In this document: positions 53,723 through 63,510 of the stretch, in pieces | Layout: each line of letters begins with the position of its first letter | Numbering within the stretch: position 1 is the first letter of the stretch | Source: a virus | Length of the DNA: 64,000 nucleotides | Direction: 5' to 3' (one strand) | IMG/VR virus record: IMGVR_UViG_3300037461_000748 | Span: 32,001 to 96,000 of that record | Program-made: the position numbers and the translations under genes | Notes under the pieces: generated by a model | Told to the model about the DNA's origin: nothing | The model's database searches: none | The model's input: the letters and a program-made list of their open reading frames with translations, nothing else

Positions 53723-54081
53723 GAATTCGTAGACAAGATCTTTATAAGATACCCAGAGATAGAGAATATTGGGCTTGCGCACTATTCCATTACAATATGG
53801 GAAAGAGGGCCAAACAACATCTTGAACCAACACCTGTATTAATAACGGAGCGTTGCCACGTATTACCCCTAAATAAAAAGGGCAAACCTATCCCTAGTAG
53901 AATCATTCGTCGTAACATTGGTGGCCTCGAAATATATGACAATCAGAGCGAATGCATCGAGGCTTATAAAGAACTCTGTACTGATACTGTTAGGAAACTT
54001 GGTGTTTGGTTTGATGCTAAGAAAGATTATTATAATGAACAAGTATCTCGTTACAAAAAGTTGAGAGACAAATATAAATGA
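53719..54081 (+). CDS. Hypothetical protein (paralogue of previous gene)
   Basis: Same shared pattern as 53315-53722. Confidence 0.65.
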   Translation: MRIRRQDLYKIPRDREYWACALFHYNMGKRAKQHLEPTPVLITERCHVLPLNKKGKPIPSRIIRRNIGGLEIYDNQSECIEAYKELCTDTVRKLGVWFDAKKDYYNEQVSRYKKLRDKYK

Positions 54082-54932
54082 AAATTCTACACATAGCTGT
54101 ATTTAAACCAGAGTCTTCGAACGTTTGGCAAGCTAATGGTTTTGAGGCTCTAGGCCATCAAGTGTATAGATTTGACTATAGACAAGTTGCTGTCGAGCTA
54201 GGAAGTGATAAAGCTCGGGACATCCGTGCAATTGAAGTTTGTAATAACTATCAGCCGGATATAATTTTGTTCAGTAAATGTAATAAGATGCATGTTAGAG
54301 TTGTTGAGGAATGTAATAAAGTTGGAACCACTGCGTTATGGTACATGGATAACTTCCACAATTTGGACCAGGAGGTCCGAAGTAAGATGAAAGAGTGTAA
54401 TTACGTATTCTGCTCTACCAGGCGCAGCTGCAATGTTGCCACTTTGTATAATAGCAACGTTAGTAGATTGACTGGCGGATTTGATCCTACTACGCACAGA
54501 CCTATGAATCTTTATAAGAGTAGAGATGTATTATTCATTGGCAGTATGCACTCTAATCGACCTATATATCAGAAAGCAGTGGGATTTCCAGTAGTACACG
54601 GTGTTTATAATGAAGAACATTGTCGCCTCGTCAACGAGACAAAGGTTAATATTAACATTACTGAGGGTGATGGTGTAAGTAACAGAATTTACAAAATCAT
54701 GGGTGCTGGTGGATTCTTGTTAACAAATCCATGGGATGAAATATTAGAAGATTTCGTTCCTGACGTAGATTTAGCTACGTTTACTTCTCCAGAAGAGATG
54801 AAGGCCAAAATTAACTATTATGTTAACAACGATGAAGAACGAGATAAGATTGCACTAAATGGCTATATTAAAGCCAAAAAACGAGATAATATATACTACG
54901 CAAGGAGAATCATAGAGACATGCAAACATTAG
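54078..54932 (+). CDS. CgeB-like glycosyltransferase
   Basis: WYMD, VLFIGS, KVNINI..SNRIYKIMGAGGFLLT and ERDKIALNG motifs. Confidence 0.8.
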   Translation: MKILHIAVFKPESSNVWQANGFEALGHQVYRFDYRQVAVELGSDKARDIRAIEVCNNYQPDIILFSKCNKMHVRVVEECNKVGTTALWYMDNFHNLDQEVRSKMKECNYVFCSTRRSCNVATLYNSNVSRLTGGFDPTTHRPMNLYKSRDVLFIGSMHSNRPIYQKAVGFPVVHGVYNEEHCRLVNETKVNINITEGDGVSNRIYKIMGAGGFLLTNPWDEILEDFVPDVDLATFTSPEEMKAKINYYVNNDEERDKIALNGYIKAKKRDNIYYARRIIETCKH

Positions 54933-55450
54933 ACATAAGGGACATATCAATCATTGACTCCTTTCCTGTACTAAATGCATCAAAGCCGACGATATTAACA
55001 GTTGGCTGCGGTGAAGGAAGAATAGAGAGATTTATAGCTAAGACCCTTGGTTACAAGGTTATAGCAACAGATGTCAGAAAGTTTCCAAAGTATGAGGAGA
55101 TTGAAGAAGTCCTTTTCAAGACTATGGACATCTTTAAGCCAAACCTTGGTTATAAAAGTGACGTAGTGATATGTGCACAAGTATTAGAGCATTTAGCAGG
55201 ATGGAAATCCGCTTTCTCCAATTTAATAGAGCTGTCAAGTGTTCGAGTAATTGTCACTGTGCCTTACAAATCTTCATTCCATTCTCTTGATCACATTAAC
55301 TTTTGGAATGATGCTACGATACGAGAATTTATACATTTAGCGTATCCTTTCTCAACAGCAATATCAAAAATTAGAACTAAACCAGAAGACGCCCCTAATA
55401 AAGGATGCTTCCTAATAGTAGTGGACAAAAAACAACATTATGGAATATAA
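54920..55450 (+). CDS. Class I SAM-dependent methyltransferase
   Basis: ILTVGCGEG, DVVICAQVLEHL and VTVP motifs. Confidence 0.85.
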   Translation: MQTLDIRDISIIDSFPVLNASKPTILTVGCGEGRIERFIAKTLGYKVIATDVRKFPKYEEIEEVLFKTMDIFKPNLGYKSDVVICAQVLEHLAGWKSAFSNLIELSSVRVIVTVPYKSSFHSLDHINFWNDATIREFIHLAYPFSTAISKIRTKPEDAPNKGCFLIVVDKKQHYGI

Positions 55451-56174
55451 AGGATTATGGTGGTGTACACCTAACTCAGAGCGCCATGTAGAGATTCAAT
55501 TCCTGTCTCGGCACCTTATCGCTTTGTCCAAAGACGTATCAGCTTTTTCAGTATTAGACGTTGGATTCGCTGGATCAGGCTACATTGAAAGTGTAATAGA
55601 CTTGGGTAATATATCATACACTGGCTTAGATGGTAATCTCGAAAGAATTAAAGGAAGCGCACTAGAGATGCCTAATGAAAGCAAAAAAACCTATGATAAG
55701 AAAAAATGGGTGGCAATATTAAATAAAATTTCGTATATTCATGATAATATCCTAAGTTATGAATCTAATATCAGATACGACATAGTCATGTCAATATCAG
55801 TCATTGAACACATTGTTCCGATGGGTTATAATATCAATGAAGGATTCGATTATTACAAGGATGTTAAAGCGGTTAATCAGATGAAAAAGTTAGTTAAAGA
55901 CGGTGGACATCTGATATTAACTTTTCCATGTGGAGAAGCCAAGGTTTTTTCAAAACAGAAACACGAGTTGTTTACTGAATCTGATAGAGATTTGATGATT
56001 TATAATGGTGTAAGAATTAATAAAATCATTGGCAACTGGACGCCGATTGAGATTAAATATTGGACAGCCACGAAAGCTAATGATTTCAAAGAAACTAGTA
56101 GAGAAACTGCCCTGTCTTACAAATATAAAAGCCCAAAGGTTAGAACACTATGCACAATGATATTACAAAAGTAA
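55440..56174 (+). CDS. Class I SAM-dependent methyltransferase
   Basis: VLDVGFAGS, YDIVMSISVIEH and GGHLILTFP motifs. Confidence 0.8.
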   Translation: MEYKGLWWCTPNSERHVEIQFLSRHLIALSKDVSAFSVLDVGFAGSGYIESVIDLGNISYTGLDGNLERIKGSALEMPNESKKTYDKKKWVAILNKISYIHDNILSYESNIRYDIVMSISVIEHIVPMGYNINEGFDYYKDVKAVNQMKKLVKDGGHLILTFPCGEAKVFSKQKHELFTESDRDLMIYNGVRINKIIGNWTPIEIKYWTATKANDFKETSRETALSYKYKSPKVRTLCTMILQK

Positions 56175-56947
56175 GCATTCCGTTATTCTCAGGCATCGGC
56201 AATGTAATACAAAGTCTACCTTTTATTCATGAAATGAAAAAGAGATACAAAAGTGTAACTGCCTTTAATAACGGTCTAGATTTTCCTCAGGCAGCAGAAC
56301 TAGTAAGAATGATTATTACAATTATTTATAAAAATTCTAAATCTGTTCCAAGCGATACTAGAAAGTTCGTAGTACCTAAGAGAAGATCTTTCCCTGAGAG
56401 CAAATCCTGGTTCATCGATAATAATGAGCCACTGCCTGAAAAACTAGAGATTCCTTTTATTCCCTATGATGAGTGTAATTACAGTTTTGACGTAGTATTA
56501 TGGCCAGAGTGTAAACCAAACTGGATATGCAAAAAATGGCCATACTGGAAAGAATTAGCAGACCTTTTATCAAAAGATAAAAGTGTCGCGATAGTTGGCA
56601 CTACAAAGGAATATAGTTTTAATAATAACGTCATTGACCTTAGAGGCCAATTATCATTGAAAGAAACCGGAGGAGTCCTTAAAAACGCCAATTTATTCAT
56701 TGGTAATGAGGGTGGAATATCCCATTACTCGGCTGCGCTGGGAACTAAAACATTTGTAATATTAGGTTGCACCGATCCTATAAAAAACTTACCTCCTAAT
56801 AACGCTATCGGAATTAGTAAGGAACTGCCGTGTCAGCCTTGTCAATTTAGAAATTTAAAACAACAGGGGATAATTATGCATGGATGTGACCATGTAGATT
56901 GTTTAAACAAATTAACCCCGATAGAAGTAATGGAGAAGATCTCATGA
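56150..56947 (+). CDS. GT9 (heptosyltransferase-like) glycosyltransferase
   Basis: GIGNVIQSLP, KKWPYW, DLRGQLSL, FIGNEGGISH and CQPCQ..C..CL motifs. Confidence 0.85.
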   Translation: MHNDITKVSIPLFSGIGNVIQSLPFIHEMKKRYKSVTAFNNGLDFPQAAELVRMIITIIYKNSKSVPSDTRKFVVPKRRSFPESKSWFIDNNEPLPEKLEIPFIPYDECNYSFDVVLWPECKPNWICKKWPYWKELADLLSKDKSVAIVGTTKEYSFNNNVIDLRGQLSLKETGGVLKNANLFIGNEGGISHYSAALGTKTFVILGCTDPIKNLPPNNAIGISKELPCQPCQFRNLKQQGIIMHGCDHVDCLNKLTPIEVMEKIS

Positions 56948-58386
56948 TTGCCCCAATAATGATAGCTTGTAAAGAGCGGTACGCTGAACTAGCCGCTATA
57001 TCAATTCCATCTTTTTTTAGACATCATGATTATGACCTGTTTGTTCTAGCAGATGCTTCGGGCTTAAGGGTCTTATCTAATATATCACATAAAAAATTAC
57101 ACTTGATTCCGCTACAAAATTATAGAAACTACGCCATTAAGGCATCCGGAGTTAAGAATTTTGCTGTAATTAAGTATGACGGTTATGAACACGACAAAGC
57201 TTATCAATCTCTAAAACCGCTATTAATGGACGCAGTAATTGCAAACGAGAGGCCAGAGGCCACTCATGTGCTAAGTCTTGACGTTGATACATATTTCTCA
57301 GGAGATATATTATCAATAGTCGAACGAGAGGCAGACTCAGGACATGAAATGTACATGGTTGAACGAAAAGATAAGAGAATGCTGTTACAAAGAGACGAGT
57401 CTCCAGGAAGCGGATTCACGATGTGGAGACGCGATGGCAAATTTATTAAATTATTCAAAAAAGGATTCAAAGCAAGTTATGCAGGAAAGACTGGCGGATG
57501 CCAAATATTAATTAACAGCATCATGAGAGGAAACGAAATACGAAGTAAGTTTCTAACAAATCCCCACTTACACTTTGTTTCTCCTGATCTTAAAAATCCC
57601 AACATTACAGACGAAGAACTGGCCAAAATTAGGCCGGCTTACATTCACTTACACGGAGCAAAGTCAAGAGAAAGATTATTAAGATTAAAACGAATTTTTG
57701 AAGAGTCCAACGTAGCCTGGAAAATGCAGTGGGATACTACTCTTAATAGCGCAGTACCTCAGGAACAAACCTGGAAAAAAATATTAGAAGCCATAGGCAA
57801 TTTAGAAATTAAAACCTTATATGACGTAGGCGTTGGAAACTATGGATCAGAGGCATGGGAGGTTATTAATACTTTTCCTAATTGCATGATCATTGGTTTC
57901 GAACCAATGCCTCAACGCTATAATAAAATCATTGAAAAGGGTTATCCTGGTAAATTATTATCAAGTGCGATTTCTAACGAAGAAGGTGTCGTGAAAGGAT
58001 ACATGGGATTCGAGAGTGGAGGAAAATCAGATTTTCAATTACATAAAAGTCGAGATTACTTATTAGGCGGCTACAAAGAAGTAGGAATTAATTGTACAAC
58101 TCTGGATAAGATCGAAGCTGACATGGGGCCACACAGTGGTATTTTTATATGGGCGGATGTGGAGGGCTCAGAACTAAAAGTATTACAGGGCGCTAGTAGA
58201 TTATTTAAAGAAAAGAAAGTCATTGGCGCATTGGTGGAGCTAAGAGCTAATCCGATGGGAGAAGGAGCGTGTACTGCAAAGGAAGTTGATGGGTTTATGA
58301 CCAGTAAAGGGTTTAAAGCCACTACTAGCATTGAAGGTTTAAAAGGACATAAAGACTTTATTTATATTAACCAGAGTATTACATGA
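56944..58386 (+). CDS. GT-A glycosyltransferase fused to FkbM-family methyltransferase
   Basis: N-half has LDVD (DxD) and HLHG; C-half has YDVGVGNYG, GFEP, TTLD and WADVEGSELKVLQG. Confidence 0.75.
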   Translation: MIAPIMIACKERYAELAAISIPSFFRHHDYDLFVLADASGLRVLSNISHKKLHLIPLQNYRNYAIKASGVKNFAVIKYDGYEHDKAYQSLKPLLMDAVIANERPEATHVLSLDVDTYFSGDILSIVEREADSGHEMYMVERKDKRMLLQRDESPGSGFTMWRRDGKFIKLFKKGFKASYAGKTGGCQILINSIMRGNEIRSKFLTNPHLHFVSPDLKNPNITDEELAKIRPAYIHLHGAKSRERLLRLKRIFEESNVAWKMQWDTTLNSAVPQEQTWKKILEAIGNLEIKTLYDVGVGNYGSEAWEVINTFPNCMIIGFEPMPQRYNKIIEKGYPGKLLSSAISNEEGVVKGYMGFESGGKSDFQLHKSRDYLLGGYKEVGINCTTLDKIEADMGPHSGIFIWADVEGSELKVLQGASRLFKEKKVIGALVELRANPMGEGACTAKEVDGFMTSKGFKATTSIEGLKGHKDFIYINQSIT

Positions 58387-59381
58387 GAATTTTAATTACC
58401 GGAGGCATGGGTTTCATAGGAATAAATGCCTCATTATATTTTGCAAATGCTGGCCACACTGTAACATCGTTGGATAACTTTAATAAGATAGGTTTGTTAA
58501 AGCACATCGATTTAGTAAAGAGCAAGGGCATCGAAATAGTAAAAGGAGATATCAGGGACTGGAACACGGTTGAACAGGTCTTTTCATTAAAAAGATTTGA
58601 TGTAATTATACACTTAGCTGGCCAAACCGCTGTAACAAAGTCCATAGAAGACCCTTTAAACGACTTTCAAAATAATGCCGTAGGGACCTTTAATATGTTG
58701 GAGGCTTATAATAGAAGCAGTTCTAGATATGGGAAATTTATATATGCTTCAACTAATAAAGTTTACGGAAGCCTGCCCGGACACAAAATTATTGAGAAAG
58801 ATACCAGGTATGAATTAAAAGATACATTATGCATAGAAGAGTCAGAGCCACTGGATTTTCATTCACCCTATGGGTGTTCTAAAGGATGCGCAGATCAATA
58901 TGTAAGGGACTATCATAGAATTTATGAGCTAAACACCAATGTTGTAAGACAAAGTTGCATTTATGGACCATATCAGGATGGTACAGAAGATCAAGGATGG
59001 ATAGCCTGGTTTATTAAAGCTTTTCTTGAAAAAAGTCAGATTAACGTTTACGGGACGGGAAAGCAAGTAAGGGACGTATTACATGTATCAGACTTAATAA
59101 AATTCTATGAGCTTTTAATAAAAAAGGGAGCTCCTGGGGAAGTGTATAATATTGGCGGTGGACCAACTAATGCGCTGTCTATAAATGAGTTAATAGCGCT
59201 GCTTATTAATAAGATCGAAGAGCCTGCCAGATTATTCTACTCTACGGAAAGACCTGGGGATCAAAAAGTATTTATAAGTAATAATTCGAAAGCATACTCA
59301 CTTGGTTGGAAAGTCTCCATCCCCGCTGATTATGGAATAGAGATGTTAATCGCACATTTTAAAAACAATGGACAAATTTAG
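58383..59381 (+). CDS. NAD-dependent sugar epimerase, CDP-paratose 2-epimerase (RfbE)-like
   Basis: TGGMGFIG, HLAGQTAV, STNKVYG, DFHSPYGCSKG.ADQY, DQGW and GKQVRDVLH motifs. Confidence 0.85.
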   Translation: MRILITGGMGFIGINASLYFANAGHTVTSLDNFNKIGLLKHIDLVKSKGIEIVKGDIRDWNTVEQVFSLKRFDVIIHLAGQTAVTKSIEDPLNDFQNNAVGTFNMLEAYNRSSSRYGKFIYASTNKVYGSLPGHKIIEKDTRYELKDTLCIEESEPLDFHSPYGCSKGCADQYVRDYHRIYELNTNVVRQSCIYGPYQDGTEDQGWIAWFIKAFLEKSQINVYGTGKQVRDVLHVSDLIKFYELLIKKGAPGEVYNIGGGPTNALSINELIALLINKIEEPARLFYSTERPGDQKVFISNNSKAYSLGWKVSIPADYGIEMLIAHFKNNGQI

Positions 59382-59565
59382 CGTACAAAGGCACTCCACA
59401 ATTGATAAATCATTTGAGCTTAATTTACCCCGTCACTTAGAATCATGGGGATTAAATATTAAGATCGACTTTGATGATGTAAATCATAAAAAGGTTAATA
59501 AGATTACTAAGAAAATTGTGCAGATCTTGAATAATAACCTTGGGGAGTTTGAAGGATTTAAATGA
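59368..59565 (+). CDS. Hypothetical protein
   Basis: Coupled ORF. Confidence 0.55.
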   Translation: MDKFSVQRHSTIDKSFELNLPRHLESWGLNIKIDFDDVNHKKVNKITKKIVQILNNNLGEFEGFK

Positions 59566-60503
59566 AAATAGCACACATTATTCCACCTCAAGATGAACGA
59601 AAATTTGATACAAGATTTTGCAAATTCATGGAACATGCATTTGTAAGAGATAACTTTGATAATAACATTGACTTAATCTATGCTGGCAGCGTGTCAGTAT
59701 TAGACAGGGCGTTAGATCTAAAAAGACGTATTTCTCGACCAGTAGTTTGTTGGGTATGGGATCTTCCCTACAATTGGCGTAAATGGGGCATGGATGAAGA
59801 GGGTATAAGACAAAATCATGCAAGAACTAAGCAGTGTAGTGATAGAGCAACGATGTTAAGACAGTGTGACCTTGTAATATCTGCTAGTAAATGGACACAA
59901 TCTGTTTTAAAAGAACAGTATAATATCGATTCTACGCAAATCTATTATTACATCGATACCACTGCATTAGATAATGTACCTGACCAAGAAAGAAAAAAGC
60001 AAGTCATTCAGATTAGCCGATATTATTACAATAAACGATTTGAAGACTCCATCGAAGCTATGAAGGATATTCCAGACTACAAATTAATATTAATAGGTAC
60101 TGGCTTAAAATCGGTTTACGGAAATAAATTGCAGGAAATGGCCGGGCCAAATGTTGTCTTTCATAATAATGTTTCAAGAAGATTCACCATCGAGCAAATT
60201 AAACAAAGTACGATATTAGTGTCGCCATCAGTATTTGAGGGATGGGGAATTACTCCAATTGAAGCAGTTCATTGTGGAACTCCCATTATATTAAGTGACC
60301 TGCCAGTGTTTGACGAGGTCTGGGGAGGAAGTCTCTATTACCATGAACAAAAAAATCCAAGAGCCTTGTCCACCCTGTTAAAAGGTCTATTAAAGAACGA
60401 GACAGAACGAAATAGAATATTAAAGATGTGTAAAGAACGAATTACAGAATTCACCCCAGAAAAGTTTGCAAAGAGACTGCAAAATTTATTAGTCAAATTA
60501 TGA
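59562..60503 (+). CDS. GT4-like glycosyltransferase
   Basis: ISR...NKRF and PSVFEGWGITPIEAVHCGTPIILSDLPVF motifs. Confidence 0.85.
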   Translation: MKIAHIIPPQDERKFDTRFCKFMEHAFVRDNFDNNIDLIYAGSVSVLDRALDLKRRISRPVVCWVWDLPYNWRKWGMDEEGIRQNHARTKQCSDRATMLRQCDLVISASKWTQSVLKEQYNIDSTQIYYYIDTTALDNVPDQERKKQVIQISRYYYNKRFEDSIEAMKDIPDYKLILIGTGLKSVYGNKLQEMAGPNVVFHNNVSRRFTIEQIKQSTILVSPSVFEGWGITPIEAVHCGTPIILSDLPVFDEVWGGSLYYHEQKNPRALSTLLKGLLKNETERNRILKMCKERITEFTPEKFAKRLQNLLVKL

Positions 60504-61297
60504 AAACGAACTACGTATTATTATGTGATGGAATAGGAAACATTATTCAATCTATTCCATTTATCAAAGTATTGCGTACGATGAGCAATAAACTCATTGG
60601 TATTAATAGAGCAGATTATAAGGATAGCTGGAAAATTGTTCAAAAACTATTTGATGATATTATACCACATGGACTACACTCAGGAACTGAGTACGCAATA
60701 CCACCACTAGAAAAATTTAAACACAATCCCGAATATAAGTCTTGGTTCCAATTTCACAATGTTCCAGAACCAAAAGAATATAAGATTGAACGAGACGATG
60801 TCTATTTCGATGAGATCGAGGACCGGGTCGACTTTGTAATATGGGGAGGCTGTAAACCTAATTGGAAATCTAAAATGTGGCCATACTGGGGAAATCTGGC
60901 TGAGATATTATTATCAGGATTTACAGTCGGAGTCATCGGTCTTCCAGGGGAGGGTGGAGACTTTCCAAAAAAAGTAGAAGACTTCAGAGGAAAGCTTACA
61001 TTAACAGAAACAGGGGGTCTTCTCGACAGATCGCTATATTACATTGGTAATGAAGGTGGACTAACACACTATGCAAATGCCCTACAGAAAACAATGTGGG
61101 TGATATTTGGAGGAAGTAGTCCTACTAAGAATATGCCACCTCCGAGAGAAGGCTATTATGATATATCATTGCATCTTGAATGTCAGCCATGCCAATGGAG
61201 ATTACCAGGACCGAAAGGTTGTGGAGACTATAAGTGTCTTTACAAGCTTACCCCTGAAATGGTGTTAAATAAAATTAACGGAGTATTATATGAGTAG
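60500..61297 (+). CDS. GT9 glycosyltransferase (paralogue of 56150-56947)
   Basis: GIGNIIQSIP, CKPNW.SKMWPYW, YIGNEGGLTH and CQPCQ motifs. Confidence 0.85.
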   Translation: MKTNYVLLCDGIGNIIQSIPFIKVLRTMSNKLIGINRADYKDSWKIVQKLFDDIIPHGLHSGTEYAIPPLEKFKHNPEYKSWFQFHNVPEPKEYKIERDDVYFDEIEDRVDFVIWGGCKPNWKSKMWPYWGNLAEILLSGFTVGVIGLPGEGGDFPKKVEDFRGKLTLTETGGLLDRSLYYIGNEGGLTHYANALQKTMWVIFGGSSPTKNMPPPREGYYDISLHLECQPCQWRLPGPKGCGDYKCLYKLTPEMVLNKINGVLYE

Positions 61298-61493
61298 GGT
61301 GTCAAAAACACTATTATCAATATTATTACCACTTGTTATATTTATGATAATGTGGTGGGCTTTTGTTTATGGGCCTATGCAGCCTGTGATAATAAAAAAT
61401 GCCTATGATAAAGGATATAGGGATGGACTATCAGAAGTACACAAAAAAGTGGTAATTGATTCGGTATTGTTTCACTTTGAGGACATAAGGTAA
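61290..61493 (+). CDS. Small membrane protein
   Basis: N-terminal TM segment. Confidence 0.55.
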   Translation: MSRVSKTLLSILLPLVIFMIMWWAFVYGPMQPVIIKNAYDKGYRDGLSEVHKKVVIDSVLFHFEDIR

Positions 61494-61495
61494 AT

Positions 61496-61891
61496 ATGAG
61501 TACATTTGTGAGATGTCCAGTTCAAGAACTGGAATTGAAAGTAATTGGAAAGGAAAAGGAGTATGTAATAGATACCATTTATAATAATGGTGCTATTAAT
61601 CTTGAACATATTTTTGGAGTTGGCGTTGAAGAAATTAAATTTGAAAAAGAGTTGCAGAAGAATGTTATTGTAATATTTACATTGTTCAGACTCTTATTAC
61701 AACCAACTAAGGAAGGCGCTGACGAAATAATTGAATGGATATTACCCGATAAAAGTGCAGCTATTAAGGTAAGAGACGCTTTCTTGAAAGGGCCCAGAGC
61801 AATTAATAAAATTAAAATTAAGAGAACAGCTGCGTATGGAATGGTTGAAGGTTCTGACGAAGGAACAAGCGGAGCTGATAAAAAAGCTTAG
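61496..61891 (+). CDS. Hypothetical protein
   Basis: ORF within the operon. Confidence 0.55.
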   Translation: MSTFVRCPVQELELKVIGKEKEYVIDTIYNNGAINLEHIFGVGVEEIKFEKELQKNVIVIFTLFRLLLQPTKEGADEIIEWILPDKSAAIKVRDAFLKGPRAINKIKIKRTAAYGMVEGSDEGTSGADKKA

Positions 61892-62078
61892 AGTTACAGG
61901 ATACGATTTTGGAGATGGCAAATTGTGCACAGGAACCTGGAGATGGGTTGCGGCCAGATTTGCTGAATTTTATCCAGATCTGAGGGTTTGTCCTGGAAAT
62001 CAAATTGAAGGCATAGACCTGTGTAACGCAGCTATGCAAATATTAGGAGAAGAACTGTATGGAAACGGGTGGAACTAA
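61836..62078 (+). CDS. Hypothetical protein
   Basis: ORF within the operon; overlaps both neighbours. Confidence 0.5.
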   Translation: MEWLKVLTKEQAELIKKLRVTGYDFGDGKLCTGTWRWVAARFAEFYPDLRVCPGNQIEGIDLCNAAMQILGEELYGNGWN

Positions 62079-62274
62079 ATTTCTCACTTACGGAAAACAC
62101 GGTCCTATAAACTTAGTGTTTGTAAGACACATAGAATTCAGAGAAAAAAGCATAATCTTTTATTTCATTAATAAAGATGAAGTATACTGGGAATTCAGAG
62201 ATGCAAGAAGTGCTGAGAAAGCCCAGGAGCTATTAGTTAATGAAATATCTGAGGTTAAACTAGAAGATTTCTAA
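62059..62274 (+). CDS. Hypothetical protein
   Basis: ORF within the operon; TAATG coupling to the next gene. Confidence 0.55.
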   Translation: METGGTKFLTYGKHGPINLVFVRHIEFREKSIIFYFINKDEVYWEFRDARSAEKAQELLVNEISEVKLEDF

Positions 62275-62762
62275 TGTTTTACAAATGCAAAAATCAGAAC
62301 TGCGATTGGGATGGATTATATCACGAGGCTTTATTTGATGGCATGGTTCTAAACTGTCCGATGTGCTATTCAATGGTATTTAATTACGATGAATTTTGCA
62401 CAGCATGGTACTTAAGACGTCATCCCAATGATATATTCGTGTTTGGAGATAACACTGTCCGCCGGGGAAAAGGTGGGGCAGCAAAGTTACGATACGAGCC
62501 AAACACTTATGGATTTATTACTAAGAAAAGGCCTGATCACAGGCCTTCTTCTTATTACAATCCAGCAGAGTATCGTTCAGTATTCAACTCTGAACTAGAA
62601 AAATTAGAAAATTTTGTGATAAGAAATATAGACAAAAGATTCCTGGTCTCAAAAATTGGAGCAGGAATTGCTAATAAACATAATATATGGGAAGTTGTTA
62701 AGATTCCATTAGAATCTTTTATAAGAACCCATGAAAACGTAATTCAACTATGGCAGGATTAA
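62274..62762 (+). CDS. Macrodomain-like phage protein with N-terminal Zn ribbon
   Basis: FVFGDN..RRGKGGAA and SKIGAGIA glycine loops; C...C..CPMC N-terminus. Confidence 0.55.
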   Translation: MFYKCKNQNCDWDGLYHEALFDGMVLNCPMCYSMVFNYDEFCTAWYLRRHPNDIFVFGDNTVRRGKGGAAKLRYEPNTYGFITKKRPDHRPSSYYNPAEYRSVFNSELEKLENFVIRNIDKRFLVSKIGAGIANKHNIWEVVKIPLESFIRTHENVIQLWQD

Positions 62763-63235
62763 AAGGTAAAGATCTCGAAAAGAGGGCTAATAAGGCCAAT
62801 ATCCAATATCGAAAAAAGAAAGACGCTCTAATTCTTCAAATTCCTGTTCCGCTGATACTTACTAGTAAAGGTGTAATTCCAAAGGAATCCACTGTGGATT
62901 TCGCAGGACTGATATCAGGCGGAAGATTTATTGCCTATGATACTAAGGAAACAATGAGTGAGACTTCTTTTCCATTAAGTAATATTAAACAACATCAATT
63001 TTTATATTTAGAATTGGTTAATGACTTAGGAGGTGTCGCATTCTTTCTTATTCACTTTAAATCCTTATATAAGGATCAAGCGTTCTATACGCCTATTTCT
63101 TTAGTTTCAAAATATTGGTATGAACATAATCGCAAATCTATTCCAATTACAGATTTTAAAAAGCTATGGCTTGTAGACATTGATGACTATCTTACCCAAC
63201 TAATCAAAAAACAACTATGGATTACGAAGAATTAA
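62750..63235 (+). CDS. recU: RecU-family Holliday junction resolvase
   Basis: GKDLE, STVDFAG, IAYDTKET, FPLSNIKQHQ and GGVAFFLIHF motifs. Confidence 0.85.
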   Translation: MAGLKGKDLEKRANKANIQYRKKKDALILQIPVPLILTSKGVIPKESTVDFAGLISGGRFIAYDTKETMSETSFPLSNIKQHQFLYLELVNDLGGVAFFLIHFKSLYKDQAFYTPISLVSKYWYEHNRKSIPITDFKKLWLVDIDDYLTQLIKKQLWITKN

Positions 63236-63510
63236 AGGATATCGTGAACATTGGCGATATTATTCAAATTGCAGCACCTTATGTTGCAGGAGTAGGTCAA
63301 CTTGTTAAACTCATGCCGAAGACGATGGTCGTAGACCCTTATATCAAAGCTGGGTATGAAGAGGACTCCCTTCCTGCAACAACTATATTAGAATTATCCG
63401 ATGTTCACATGATATTTATATTAAAACCAGACTTAAATGATGCCAAATCAAGCAAAAACAGTACAGCAAATACTGTCAGAAACACTAAAGGTAAAGTTTC
63501 AAAAGACTAG
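63217..63510 (+). CDS. Hypothetical protein
   Basis: ORF within the operon. Confidence 0.5.
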   Translation: MDYEELKDIVNIGDIIQIAAPYVAGVGQLVKLMPKTMVVDPYIKAGYEEDSLPATTILELSDVHMIFILKPDLNDAKSSKNSTANTVRNTKGKVSKD

